From the NCBI RefSeq assembly GCF_009914755.1, contig NC_060934.1: a DNA stretch of 64,000 nucleotides. One strand, written 5' to 3'. How positions within the stretch are numbered: the stretch's first letter is position 1; every line of letters begins with the position of its first letter. The position numbers and the translations under genes were made by a program. Shown here piece by piece: positions 35,241 through 48,289 of the stretch. The notes beneath the pieces are model-generated. The model worked only from the letters and a program-made list of their open reading frames with translations, did not search any database and was not told the DNA's origin. The stretch is from the human T2T-CHM13v2.0 reference genome, Homo sapiens.

Positions 35241-36714
35241 AAAAAAAGAACAAGGATTCACTATCCTCAGCATATAATGAACATCCTGGGTTACAGGAAG
35301 TCTCGCACCAAGCAGGAGTCTCACAGCAACACCTGGGACAGATGCATTTATGCCTTCCACTAGTAGTGGAATATCTGGCCTTGCTACAATACGGCCACCA
35401 GAAAACTCTTCCGTATAGTAAATGCTTCCAGTTACCATGGTTATCTTCCACTAAGAATCCCAAGCAAAATTTTTATAGGCTAAATCTGTGCGTCCACACA
35501 TTCCTCCAAAGATTCTACCTTACCACATAGTGCCATCCCCAAGCAGTGCAAATGAACAATATTGGCCTAGTTAAGATATAGAAAGAGGAAGGGCAAAACT
35601 TTCATTTTTTCCAATGTTCCAAGAGTGGACAATAGAGGGGGATAAGCTAGTGTTATATGCGTTTTCCAAGTGATCTGGAATCTAGCATAAGAATAATGCA
35701 TTTTAATAATTCATTGCAACCAGGAAAAAGAATGCAATTCTATGTTTTAGTCTTATTTAAAATCAATGAGGCCACCAGTTCCCATTTCAGCAACAGTATT
35801 TAAAAAACTAAACTTTGTAGGTCAATCCTGCCACACACATGGATTACTGCAGAGGTGTGGCTTGGGTTTCCAGAGGAGAAGAGTGGTCCCTTGAAGCCAC
35901 ATTAGAAAGACAAGCAGAGGCAGGTAAATCTCTGGCCTTTGCCTCACTTCTCTCCTTTTTATTTCTTCCTTTTCATACAGAGTTTTGGTTGTTCTCACAA
36001 ATGCTGTGTTGAGTCTTAGCTCAGTTTATCATCTTCTTCTGCCTAAAGTAGAGCTGTCCCACACATTTCCAAGCTGAACTCTTTGACTGAGAGAAGATAC
36101 TCTGGATGTCAAATGTCGCAGCAAACTACACCATTCTAGAATGACTTGGGTGCCCTCTAAGATGGATAAAGAAATGTTTTTCTAAGACTCTACAATGCAG
36201 CATTGAGAACCAGAATCTCAGGTCTTGCCTTGACTCCTCTTAGAAGCAGTAACACAAATATGTAAATTCTTTATCCTGATCCATCCATCCCATTTTCCTC
36301 ACCTCTAAACATCATATTCGTTACCAGCTCATCACATTTACTTATATTGCTCCCAACCTGGAAAAGTCTTTTTTTTCTCCATCCTGTATTCTACATCCTA
36401 ATAACATTACTTCCTTCTCAATTATATCATCCCCTTCCCAGATCATTCTTTTCTACACTGGTCACTTCATCCCTGATATTCCACAGCACTTATCACCAGG
36501 ATTACCTATATTAATAGTTAGTCATGTAATTTCTTGTTTTGCCTCATGTTTCTTATGTTTTTACCTATTTGTGGTCTAAATTTCATACTCCCCTGAAGAC
36601 TGGGCTCATCATTTAGTATCAACCATGATACCTGGTTCATAGTAATAACTATTGCGGGAGTAACCCCAATTCTTTTCTCAACTCTACAACAATTCTCAAT
36701 TTCTCATATTTCTC

Positions 36715-36900
36715 TAACCAGTGATTTCTGGATTCATTTGATCAGTAATCCTCAAACTGCAGTATCATCAAGGGTACTCATTTAAATGCCTTTGTGTTTC
36801 AATAGGTTTTTGGTAGATTCAGCAATCTGACTTTGTAAACAATTGCCCCCAAGTGATTCTGAGGCAGGTGATCCAAGGACCAAATTTTGAGCAAAGATTT
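36715..36900. mobile_element. MER5A-like hAT-Charlie element
   Basis: ccccaagtgattctgaggcaggtgatccaaggaccaaattttgag. Confidence 0.65.
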
Positions 36901-38639
36901 CAAAGAAGTTTTCCAATTATAACCACTAGACTCCTCAGGCATCAGGATGTACCATCTCAAAGAATGGAAGCCTCTCTGCCCCTCTAGTCTGAATTTTTCT
37001 GCTGCCACATTCAGCTACATAGCCCCCAAAGGTCTACCATAAGAAACAGATAAAAGTACCAGAGCTTGAAAAAGAAGAGACCTGCTGAGAAAATGAAGTT
37101 TTCAACACCTAGCCACTTATTCATCTGGTGATGATTGATTGGCCTACATTTCTGGCCCAGGTAAAACTTGCAGTTTGGTTTGGTTCAACAGAGGTAAACC
37201 CATGCATTTGGCTGGCCAATCAATTGTGCAAAGCACTCACTGTGTGCTGTAAAAAGGAAATCACTTGGAATCCCGTGGCCATTGATTTATCTAGTAAAGC
37301 ATGAAATGTGATTACCTTCATCTGATCAGGTAGGACATTGAGACAGTTCAGTGGCTCTTCTAGTGCACCAGGCAGCCCATGAGACCCCCAAAAGATCAGT
37401 GAACCCTATAAGACCTCCAGTTTATGATGCTTCAAGAGCTGGGGACAAGGAAAGCTCATGAGCCACATTGGATGTAGCAATGTCATATATTAGGAGAGTG
37501 GGAGGAGCCTCACATTCAGTGTTAGAAGGCCTAAATCTTTTTCCTAGTCTGCAAGAAATACCAATAGCTAAATCTGTTAGGCATGCTGCCAAAAGTGTTC
37601 TTACATTTTCTCATTGAATTCTCTCAAAATGCTAAGAGATGGACACTGCCAACATCATCATCTTCATTTTAAAGATTAAAAAAATCAAGTGTTACACTTC
37701 TTACCTGATGATATACAAGTTTAAGTTACAAAATTGGGATTTGAAGCCAGAGGATATGACTGTAAAGATCCAGAAATCACTGCACGACACTCCCCTGCCT
37801 AAGGCATGTTAGGGAACTTGGGTATCCCTTCTACACACATCTAGGGGGTATACATAGGATTACACCAGCTCCACCCACAGCACTGGATTGACCTAAAGGT
37901 TCAAGTAAAAGCATAGATGCGTAAGTACTTAAAAAGTACATAATACCAAGTGTGTCATGGCAAAAGTAAGTGTCTATAGAGGCCAGGTAGGTGATGTGGA
38001 GAGTGTGAGCCTTCCCTATCTAAAGGCAACAGGCTCCACCAAGCTTTAGCCCATTGTTGCTATGTAGCAATGCAGGCAAAGAATGGCAAAATTTCTAATG
38101 TTTCAAGAGAAGCCATAAATCCATAGCTTTATGTAAAGTATTTTGACTTTTAAAATATTTCTCTGTGTGTTTTTTTGTTGTTGTTGTTAAAAAAAAAAAA
38201 AGAAGAAGAAGAAGAAGCCTTTGCAGATCAATAAAACAGGTCTGGAAGACCCTGACTTGAGACACTGCATATATAAGTAGAAAGCCTTATTGTTAAAAGA
38301 ATGCCTTATACTATGAGCTAGGAGGCAGATACTATTTATATGTACTTTGATAATTCAAATAACCTCCTGCTGCCTCGATTTCCTAATCTGTAAAATGGAT
38401 CTGACGAAAAGAAGTCAGGCTAGGCATTGTCTCAGTCCCCTTACCTCCATCTCTCTCTGAAACTAAATATCTTGTTTTCTCATATTAAAAGTTATGGTCA
38501 GGATTTTGAGCAGCTGCATTACATTTGAACAAACAGAAAGCATTTAGATGGAATATGTAAGATTCCATTTGATGCATCATACAAATAAGAGCATCTTTTA
38601 TCCAAACTTTCCAAGAAAAAGAGTGGTTGGGAGAGGGGA

Positions 38640-39110
38640 ATGAAATACTCTAAAGCTAGGTCAGCTCTCCAAGAACAGGCTAGGCACAGCAGTTGGGACT
38701 CCAGCTATAGGGATGCATTTGGCAACGGTTAGAAAATGAGGGGTAAAAATTTGGGGACTGGCACTTCAGTGCAGGATGTACAAACTTAGAAAAGAGAGTA
38801 CTTTAGGAGGCATGGGAAGTGTTTCCAAATATCTGAAGAGCTGTCAAATGGGAAGAGAGGTTACATTTGTTCTATATGAACCCAGGAGTAGAATTTGAAT
38901 TAGTAGGGGGAAAAAATACTAGAGACAGCTTTGGTTGCATAGTAGAAGTATTCTGAAACCTGCCAAATATGGACAAAGATGCTCCAAGTCGTAGTGAGAA
39001 TACTGTCTCTGGAGATATTTAAACAGATGCTGAAAGTACTATACACTTGGTGAAGATGTTGCAGAAGGTATTTGGGTATTAGAAGTTGGAGGTGGGATGA
39101 ATGACAGTCT
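38640..39110 (+). mobile_element. L3/CR1 fragment
   Basis: ttccaaatatctgaagagctgtc...tctctggagatatttaaacagatgctg. Confidence 0.6.
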
Positions 39111-40269
39111 CCTGCCTCACCCTTGGGCTCTGAAGTGGCTTTTGCAGTATATAAGTGCAATTAATTTAAAAGACAGGGGAAAGGGAAGAGGGAGGAGGTG
39201 AGAGAAAATCTGAAAAATACATTTTCAGTGGAATATTTATCCGATTAATGCCTTGGGCTTCCCACCCATGTTTAATGAAAGTCTGACCTCAGATCCCCAC
39301 CAAGTTTTCTATAAGGAACTGGTAGAGCAGGAAGGTGATAAATATGTACAGAAAACCCAATAATACGTACACAATCAGGGTGACCTGTTTCAAAGGAAGG
39401 GTAGTGCTCATGGTGTTGTAAATTTCAATTTCCAATGCCTCCCAGCTGCAGAAAGTCAGAGCAGCCCTTTGTGATGATGAGGCAGCACTATTCTTTAGTT
39501 TGTTTTTCCCTCCAGGATAGGACAATGAAAATGAGAAAGTCAATTTTCTTTTTATCCCAAGCAGATTGAATTTTGCTAAACTAAAATGGGCTATGGCTAA
39601 GTAAAGGTCAGTCCAGCCACAGATTTTTTTCTTCATCAACAAAAAATCAACACCAGCATTGTTGCTTCTGGGTCTTTTACCAGGCAGAAATACTTAGAGA
39701 TGCCATCAGTAGAGCCCAGCATTACTTTATGAAACTCATAAATAGCCAAGGCAAGAGCCAATTATTGCTATGTCAATACATGTATATTTTTCATGAAAAA
39801 CATGGTTAATATATTTCATCTGGCTAAACATAATACTGTCAAGACTAGAGGAACGGATCTTCCTATTTAAAAAATAATGGGATCAATCTTGTTGTCCAAT
39901 TCTGCTTACTCAACTGCTGTGTCCTTCAGATCTAGAAGTATTAACAAAGGAAGTCAGATGGCCTCTGAAATATGCTGTGCTACTTCTCTCTTTACCAAAG
40001 TCTTGAGCTATGTTGATACCCTTTAATGGCACAAAAACATGTGGGATCTCCAGAGATTGACTTAAAATTCTATCAATAGATACAATCAGGAGAGAGAAGT
40101 GAAATAAAAGTCAGGAAGACCAGGAAGAAGACTGCAATAAGGAAGCAATAGAACTGGGAAGACATAAATGAGAATATAACTTGCTTCAGAGGAAGGTTTT
40201 TCACCTAGTATCATGCAAGGACATAAATAAGCAAACTTTTTTTAGAAAAACTGTAAGGGAAGTTGGGGT

Positions 40270-41751
40270 TCCAGATAGGTGACAAGAGACATCAGACATG
40301 CTCCCTTTTCAGAAAGAAGAACCAAAATCATGAATAGGTAATCAAACTTCTAATAGAATATCTAGAAAAGAACACTAGACTCCAACAAAGAAGTCACAGG
40401 AAACACCCAAGGCACAGAAGGAGAAGGAAGCGTGCAGGGAGCTCAGCTGAAATTGGCTGTTATGGGGAAAGAGTGTGTGAGAGAACTTCAGTAGTCCACA
40501 TCCCCAGTTCAGATTGTGGCAATAAGAACCACAGGAGAGCTCCTCTGTCTGCATGAACCCTGGCACTACAAAGACTCCACAAAGGCATTGATTGCACCAG
40601 ACAGGGAACTCGCACTAAGTCACTTACACCTCTGAGACCTAAGCAGCTGTGGCAGGGCACCACTGTGACAGCACAGTCATCACAGGACTGCACCCTGCCC
40701 TGAGAACCACAACCTTTATATCTCCACATCCCCAGACTTCCCACTAACATTCCCCAGTGTTCACCTAGAGAGTGACAGCAGCACAGCACTGCCTGGACCC
40801 AAAGGTGCTGCAGGATCCCCAGTACTCTATCCCATAGGGAATACTATTCCCCCAGGAAAGGAATATGGTATATTTTGCCATATACCAAAAATGCAGCCCC
40901 TGGGACAAAGGGAACCAAAACACATGCTTTCCAGAGCCTGAGATACCCCTCTCTGGGGCTGTGAGAAGTGACACTGCCCACAACAGCAGTATAAACTGTG
41001 TGCTCAGGCCTGCAAGCCGAAAATAAGATCTCCTTTCTGTCTCCACACACTGCACACAGCCACAGCAGTTGCTGCCAGTGGGAACCCAGGCAGGTGAGCC
41101 TGGGAGCTCACTGTCTAGGGCTGAGGGCGTGACCCCAACCTACTGGTGGAGCAAACTCTGTGCTCAGACTCATGCATAGAGAGTGGGACTCCCCTACCCC
41201 TCTGTACACTACTGCAGCCACAGCTACTGCTGCTACTCCCAGGGGCTGCGGCAGAAAAGACAGAAGACTGACTGTCTGGGGCTGTGAGTGGTAACCATGC
41301 CCCCACTGACAGCATGGCCTACATGCTTGAGATTGCAAGTAAAGAGCAAGGTTCCTCTCAATCTCTGTGCAGCCCTATGGCACTGCTGCCATCAAGAGTG
41401 GGCAAGCCTGAAAGCTGCATGTCTGGGACTGTGTGTGGCAACCCCACATTGCAGCCACCACCAACAGCAATGTGTACTTCCCAGCCACCACCAACAACAG
41501 TGTGTACGTCACTACTACTGTCATCATCCACATCACACCAGCTGCCCAGGAATCCAAGAACCTGCCCACCTGCTGGGCCCAGCATTGCCACTACCAGCAT
41601 TCAAGCGAGCCACCTGGAGACCCAAGAATCAGCCCACCTAGTCCTGCTAATACTGGTGTCAGTGTGCACTGGCCTAGGGCCCAAGAACAGACACGCTTTG
41701 TTCTATTCTGTGGCAATATGAACCACAGGAGAGCTCCTCTATCCACATGAA
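40270..41751 (+). mobile_element. Isolated 5'UTR of an old L1 (L1M1/L1M2-like)
   Basis: agaacactagactccaacaaagaagtcacaggaaacacc start; GC-rich 5'UTR-like body; no ORF1 follows. Confidence 0.65.
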
Positions 41752-43082
41752 AAAAATAGATTTTGAGAGCTAAACCACAAACTGGTAATACAAAATCAAC
41801 GTTTCATGCAAGTTCTTGTTACACCAGGAATGGCAAAGGGAGCTTTGTTTCAGCTCTGATATCTTGAGATATCTACCTCTATATTTCCTACTTCACAAAA
41901 AGGGAGAGCTCCCAGAGGCCGGATTCCCTTGGCTTTGCAGCCCCTGCCCATTTCCAGCATCTGTCTTCACAGTCCCATGGGTCTCCAAAATGATTCACAA
42001 ATGTGAACTGATGGTCGCTGCTTTCATGGAGCTTACAGCCCAGTAGAGCAGACAGAAATAATCAAGTAATCACAGCACTGAATATATACTCACAATCGTT
42101 ATATGTAATATGATAGGAAGAAGTTCAAGGTATTATGGAAGCTTGTAAAAGGAGGAATTTCATCCAAGCTAGGGAGTCAGGAAAGCCCACAATCAATCCC
42201 AGATGCAGGAGCAGCTTCACATGAGCCAGCTGTATGAGCACCTGCTGCCCAAAGTGAACAAACAAGAAAGCTTCCACCACAAGGCAGCTGATGACATGGT
42301 GCACGTGGTCGGGAAAGAAGGGGGATTACCAGGATGCATCTACAACTGACACTCAAGCACCAGCTCCTCTCTCTCGTAGTATGCAGTTGCTGTGTGCCGC
42401 AAGGAAATTACTGTAACTTTGTGGCAAATAACTTACTGACCTATATATGACTTTTAGCAGGATAGGCAGTATTTCCTGCTTTGTTCAACCTACACTGACA
42501 AATGTAGAACATAATATCTTAACATGTTCTTTAAAATAAAGGCAAGGGAAGACTCAGCAATTGGAAGAGTTGAATGTAGGAAGGTAACAGAGCAGGCTTT
42601 GTGCAATTATTGAGACTACTAGGGATTTTTTTATAATGTGCCCCTCATTCCTCTCACAGTGAGCTGCAGAAAATGTGGCTCATTTTAGTAACTTTTTTGT
42701 ATGCCAACAACATTTTATATTTTTTAAAAAGAGAAAGAAACTACAGTTCTTTTCTATTTTGAAATATAGCCTGTAAATCTATTTAGATTTTAGGCATAGC
42801 ACAACAATTCAGAAATGATCATTCTGCTGAAAGCTTTATTTTTCTTTTCTTGTGTTTACTCTTCTCCTACTACAAACAAATATTATAAAAGATAAACTCT
42901 CTGTCACAGGAGAAATGACCCCACTTTACATGGCTTGTTCATAACTCTCCACTGCCATCTCCAATGTGTGTCCTGGCATGTGGTATATTTCTGATGACAT
43001 GGTTACAACGGTGCTTTGTTCATCTGCAAGCCAGTGACACATCAGGCACTAACTGGCTTCATTTATCCTCCATTTTCCCTGG

Positions 43083-43644
43083 GGAGGTAGGAGATCGGAG
43101 GGACTTGTTTTCCAAGCTCCAGTCACAAGACCCTGCCGATCAAAACAGGATCTGATCAAAACAAGATGCAGCAAAGAAACAGGCCAAAACCAGCTAAAAC
43201 CAAGAAGACAACAAAAGTGACCTCCAGTTGTCCTCATTGCTCATTATATTGAAATAATTTAATAATGCATTAAAATGCAAAAAGAAACTCTCACCAGTGC
43301 CACGACAGTTTACAAGTGCCATGGCAACTCCAAGAAGTTACTTTATATGCTTTTAAAAGGGGAGGAACCCTCAGTTCTGGGAACTACACACTCTTTTCCA
43401 GAAAACTCACAAATAACCCATCCCTTATTTAACATACAATAAAGGAATCGCCATAAACACAGCTAGCCAGCAATCCACGAGGGCTGTTGCTACTACTCTC
43501 TCTGTGTAGCAGCCATTTTCCTATACTCTGTTGCTCTAATAAATTTGCTTTGCTTTGCTCCATCTGCTTGCTCTTGAATTCTTTCCAGCACAAAGCCAAG
43601 AACCCTCTTGAGCTGAGCTCCAATGATGAGGTTCACCTGTATCA
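43083..43644 (+). mobile_element. MER41-family solo LTR
   Basis: Core ggccaaaacc...gtgacctc...gccatggcaac...aaggggaggaaccctcagttctgggaa; AATAAA at about 43538; ends gtatca; TSD cctgg on both sides. Confidence 0.85.
43375..43404. promoter_or_regulatory. Tandem GAS-type STAT sites in MER41 (TTCTGGGAA intact; TTCCAGAAA degenerate)
   Basis: TTCN3GAA at 43375-43383 and TTN5AA at 43396-43404. Confidence 0.5.
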
Positions 43645-43686
43645 CCTGGACATAGTCTGGAATATTACAGTCACCACATCTAATAT

Positions 43687-44586
43687 TGAGAGGTGAAGCC
43701 GGCTCAGCTTCTGGGTCGGGTGGGGATTTGGAGAACTTTTCTGTCTAGCTGAAGGATTGCAAACACACCAATCAGCACTCTGTGTCTAGCTAAAGGTTTG
43801 TAAATGCGCCAATCAGCACTCTGTGTCTAGCTAATCAGGCAGGGACTTGGAGAACTTGTGCGTCTAGCTAAAGGATTGTAAGGGCACCAATCAGCACTCT
43901 GTCAAAAGGGACCAATCAGCAGTCTGTAAAACGGACTAATCCGCTCTTTGTAAAATGGACCAATCAACTCTCTGTAAAATGGACCAATCAGCAGGATGTG
44001 CGTAGAGCCAGATAAGGGACTAAAGGCAGGCCACCAGCACCACCAGCAGCAACCTGCTGGGGTACCCTTCCATGCTGTGGGAGCTATGTTCTTTTGCTCT
44101 TCCAATAAATCCTGCTGCTGGTCACTCTTTGGGTCCCCGCAGCCTGTATGAGCTGTAACACTCACCGTGAAGGTCTGCAGCTCTGCTCCTGAAGCCAGCG
44201 AGACCATGAACCCACCGGAAGGGCGGAACAACTCCGGAGGGGAGAAACGAACAACTCCGGACGCGCCACCTCTATGAACTGTAACACTCACCGCAAAGGT
44301 CTGCAGCTTCACTCCTGAGGCCAGCCAGACCATGAACCCACCGGAAGGAACGAACAACTCCAGACACGCCGCCTTTAAGAGCTGTAACATTCACTACGAA
44401 GGTCTGCGGCTTCACTCTTGAAGTCAGTGAGACCAGGAACCCACCAGAAGGAAGACACTCTGGACACATCTGAACATCTGAAGGAACAAACTCCGGACAC
44501 ACCATCTTTAAGAACTGTAACAGCGCGAGGGTCCGCGGCTTCATTCTTGAAGTCGGCGAGCCAAGAACCCACCAATTCCGGACACA
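43687..44586 (+). mobile_element. LTR12 (ERV9) solo LTR
   Basis: TGAGAGGTGAAGCC start, CCGGACACA end, TSD atat; six CCAAT boxes (43768, 43809, 43887, 43912, 43960, 43984), AGATAA at 44010, AATAAA at 44104, four U5 repeats. Confidence 0.96.
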
Positions 44587-44934
44587 ATATTGCATGCATT
44601 AATAGAAAGGCCAAAATGAACTGCATTTCAGGGGGAAAAATGCTGACCCTAAAACAAAACTAATAACCACCATTTAAAATAAAGAATTATATGCATAAGA
44701 ATGAGCAGAGCTGCTCTGAGGGAAAGCTGGGAGCATCCCCACTCCAAAATGAAAATCTGAACTTTTACTAGTTATTCAACACTTTTCTGAGCACTTTTCT
44801 TATTCACAGAATAAGAGGAATCTTGGGTTTCCCAAGGATTCACTTCAGGCTTTTCTTAATTAGCAAGTTGTCCTGGATTATAAAAGGAATTCAGTTTATA
44901 AAAACTAAATCATTCTTCTAAGTTTGAGCATAGA

Positions 44935-45435
44935 TCCTCACTCCTTAATGGGAGACTGTGCAAAATGACTCCCATCCAATGAGTACAGTATGGAAAGGAA
45001 GAAGAAAGAATGACTTCGCCATAGAGAAACCTGACAGCTTATGAGAAAAACATCAAACAAACCCAATTGAGGGACAAAATTCCTAACCAGCACTCCTCAA
45101 AACATTCAAGGCCATCAAAAATATGGAAAGTCTGAGAAATTGGCCAGCCAAGAGAAGCATAAGGAGACATAACAATTAAATGTGGTATTTATAATAGGTC
45201 CTGGGACAGAAAAGAATATTAAGTAAAAAAAAAAAAAAAAAAAAAAGGAAATCCGAATAAAGTTGTAGTGTTTAGTTAATACTATCATTATTGGTTCACT
45301 ACCATAAATGTACCATGCTAAAGTAAGAGGTTATTAACAGAGGAAATTGGGTGTGATATAGATATATGGGAACTCTCTGCACTATCTTTGCAACATCTCT
45401 TTAAGTCAACAACTGTTCTAGCAAATAAAGTGTAT
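44935..45435 (+). mobile_element. L1MC/MD-type 3' end
   Basis: ctcctcaaaac...ggaaagtctgagaaa...gggaactctctgcactatctttgcaac. Confidence 0.8.
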
Positions 45436-46493
45436 TTTGGGGAAAAAAAATTAAACCTAACTACCTTTGACTTCACAGGAATGTGGCTGGTTACCCTTTT
45501 ATGTAACACTAGAGAGAATTGGGTGGATTTTATTAATAGCACCACCCACCTGTGGCCTGGTGGGGGTCTCTTCTCCATGAGAAATCCCATAAATCTATAA
45601 GCATTTTTTTAATCCACAGGTCGGTGTGGTGGGAGGTTAATGGGTAACCCAGAAAGATGCCTTCCAATTTCCTCCCTGGGAGTCAGTATTTTATAGCTGC
45701 TGTTCCACCTATAATGGCTCTTGACAGTGGTGGAATTAGTGAACACAGCAAACACAATCAAAGGCAGCTTTGAGGCCAGGAAAAGCCTTTCACTTACCCA
45801 GGGGTGTGTTGTCCCTGGCTTCTCGAGATTTATTTTCTTTGTTTGGCTGCCATTCCTTGAAAATGATGGAGGGTATTACTCATCAAAGATGATGCAGCTG
45901 TCAGATGAGGCCACTGTCCATCTTGAAAGACAGAGTTCGCCTGCTAGGGAAGCCGAGGGAAACAGGAGGTCAGGAGTGAGAGAAGCAGGCTCAGAGCCTG
46001 ACCTGCTGCTGCTCATAGGTTACACCTGTGCATCTGACAGTCCATCGTTTTATCTCTGCAATGTAGGTGAAGAGTCAACATATCTTTCTGTTGTGTTTCC
46101 AAGGAAAGGTTGGTTTCAGTTAATCTTATCATTTTAAATAGCAGATCTTAGCTTTGCCACTTTATTATATGTCTCTACATTTTAATCGTGCCATTCTTAT
46201 TTAGAGCCACCTTCTGTTGGATTATAGGGGATACAAAATATAGACAGCCTTGGTGGTCTAGAAACATCTGAATGGATCCAGGATTCAGTTCATTCCTTTA
46301 GGCCCAGAGCCACTGCACCCAACAGTGAATTAACCATCTCTTCCCTAGAATAAGAGGCAACTCCATGCCCTATGCTCACTAGAGACTCTATGTGCGGTTG
46401 TCTGTCTTTAACAAGGAGGCTTTGGATCCCCTTGCCTTGTCACCAGTTTGATACCCACCCCCATCCTCTTGTGCTGTAGTCTGACTTGACAAG

Positions 46494-46879
46494 TGTCTTA
46501 GTCTGTTCAGGCCACCATAACAATATGTGTGGCTGACATAACAGTCATTTATTTTCTTACATTTCTGGGGTCTAGAAGTCCAAGATGGTGTCATCATGGT
46601 TGTATGTGGTGAGGCCTCTCCTTCTGGCTTGCAGACACCTGCTTTCTTGCTGTGTCCCTCACATGGCATTCCCTCTGAGCTTGCAAGGGAGAGACAGAGA
46701 GATATCTCTGGTGCCTATTCCTCCTATAAGGGCGCCAGTTCTGTTGGATTAGGATTCTACCCTCATGCCGCATTTAACCTTAATTACCTCCGCAAAGGTC
46801 CTATCTTCAAATAGAGTCACATGGCGAGTTAGGGCTTCAACATATGAACTTGTGGGGAGATACAAGTCTGTCCATAACA
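46494..46879 (-). mobile_element. MLT1A/B-type MaLR LTR
   Basis: tgtcttagtctgttcagg...tccataaca termini. Confidence 0.85.
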
Positions 46880-47454
46880 ATATGGAAACTTAAGACAAGT
46901 AATTTTTAAAATGTAATAGAAAAATCATTAGTTTTAGAGTCCAAAAAGCTGTGTTTGAAACTAAGCTTACAAGAGGGATCACAGAATATAGGCCACTTGC
47001 CTTCTGTAATCTCAATTTCCTACTATAAAAAATGAGAATAAAAACAACCCCTATAAATCAGTTGTCACAAAGGTAAAAGACGACAAAGCTTGTGAAAATG
47101 TATTGTAATTGTTAGTAATCCTCACTTATTATTATTATGGGCCCTCTGGTTCTGGAAGTAAGTGCTACAAAAAATAAAGAATTCAGAAGACGGAGGCTAC
47201 AGACTCCAGTGCTGTCTTAATCCGTAGAGCAACCACAGCAATCTCAGGGATCCCTAAGTGTGATAAGCTGTGCACTTGCTTTATCTCTGCTGCCCCAGAA
47301 GAACACAAGCTGCTACCCTTATCTGAGTAGGTTCCTCATACAAAGTGGTCAGGTAAAATCTGCACCCTTAAGCATTTACTGCTGCTAATGAAACGATTTT
47401 AGGAAATTAGGTTGAGGCAGTTAAGTGCCGCTAATTTCCTAGATCCAAGCTTTT

Positions 47455-47762
<308 letters not shown>

Positions 47763-48051
47763 TTAAAGCATTTATCAGCAAATGGGTTGAGTCCCTCAAT
47801 GGGCAAGATCTTTGCTTTGTACAGATAAATAAATCTGAATATGAAAGACAGAATTTCTTTGATCCAAGCAACATTCCTTTATTCTTAAGGGCATGCCATC
47901 ATGGCAATTGGAGGCAAAGCCAAGACCTGATTTACCAAGGCCTCCTGGTTTAAAGTTAGCCAATGTATCTAAGAAATAGTAGTAATTTCTTAGATATCAA
48001 GGATCTAGGGTTCCAAGAAGACAACAGAGAACCTAGCAAGATATTGTTTCT

Positions 48052-48279
48052 AACACCGCATGTTCTCACTCCTAAGTGGGAGTCGAACAATAAGAACGCA
48101 TGGACACAGGGAGGGGAACAACACACACGCGGCCTGTTGAGGGGTGGGGGACAAGGGGAGGGAACCTAGATGACAGGTCAATAGGTACAGCAAGCCATCA
48201 TGGTACACGTATACCTATGTAACAAACCTGCAAGTTAGGCATGTGTATCCCAGAACTTAAAGTAAAATTTAAAAAAAAA
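48052..48279 (+). mobile_element. Short 5'-truncated L1PA 3' end
   Basis: 3'UTR and polyA; TSD aagatattgttYct at 48038-48051 and 48280-48293. Confidence 0.92.
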
Positions 48280-48289
48280 AAGATATTGT

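Noticed and set aside
35037-35438. 133-aa minus-strand ORF
   Set aside because: Overlaps an MLT1K-like remnant; no recognisable homology or exon structure
43902-44663. ORFs of 81-162 aa with internal repeats
   Set aside because: Products of the LTR12 U5 tandem repeats
45721-46137. 138-aa ORF in unique sequence
   Set aside because: Non-ATG start and no recognisable family; compatible with chance
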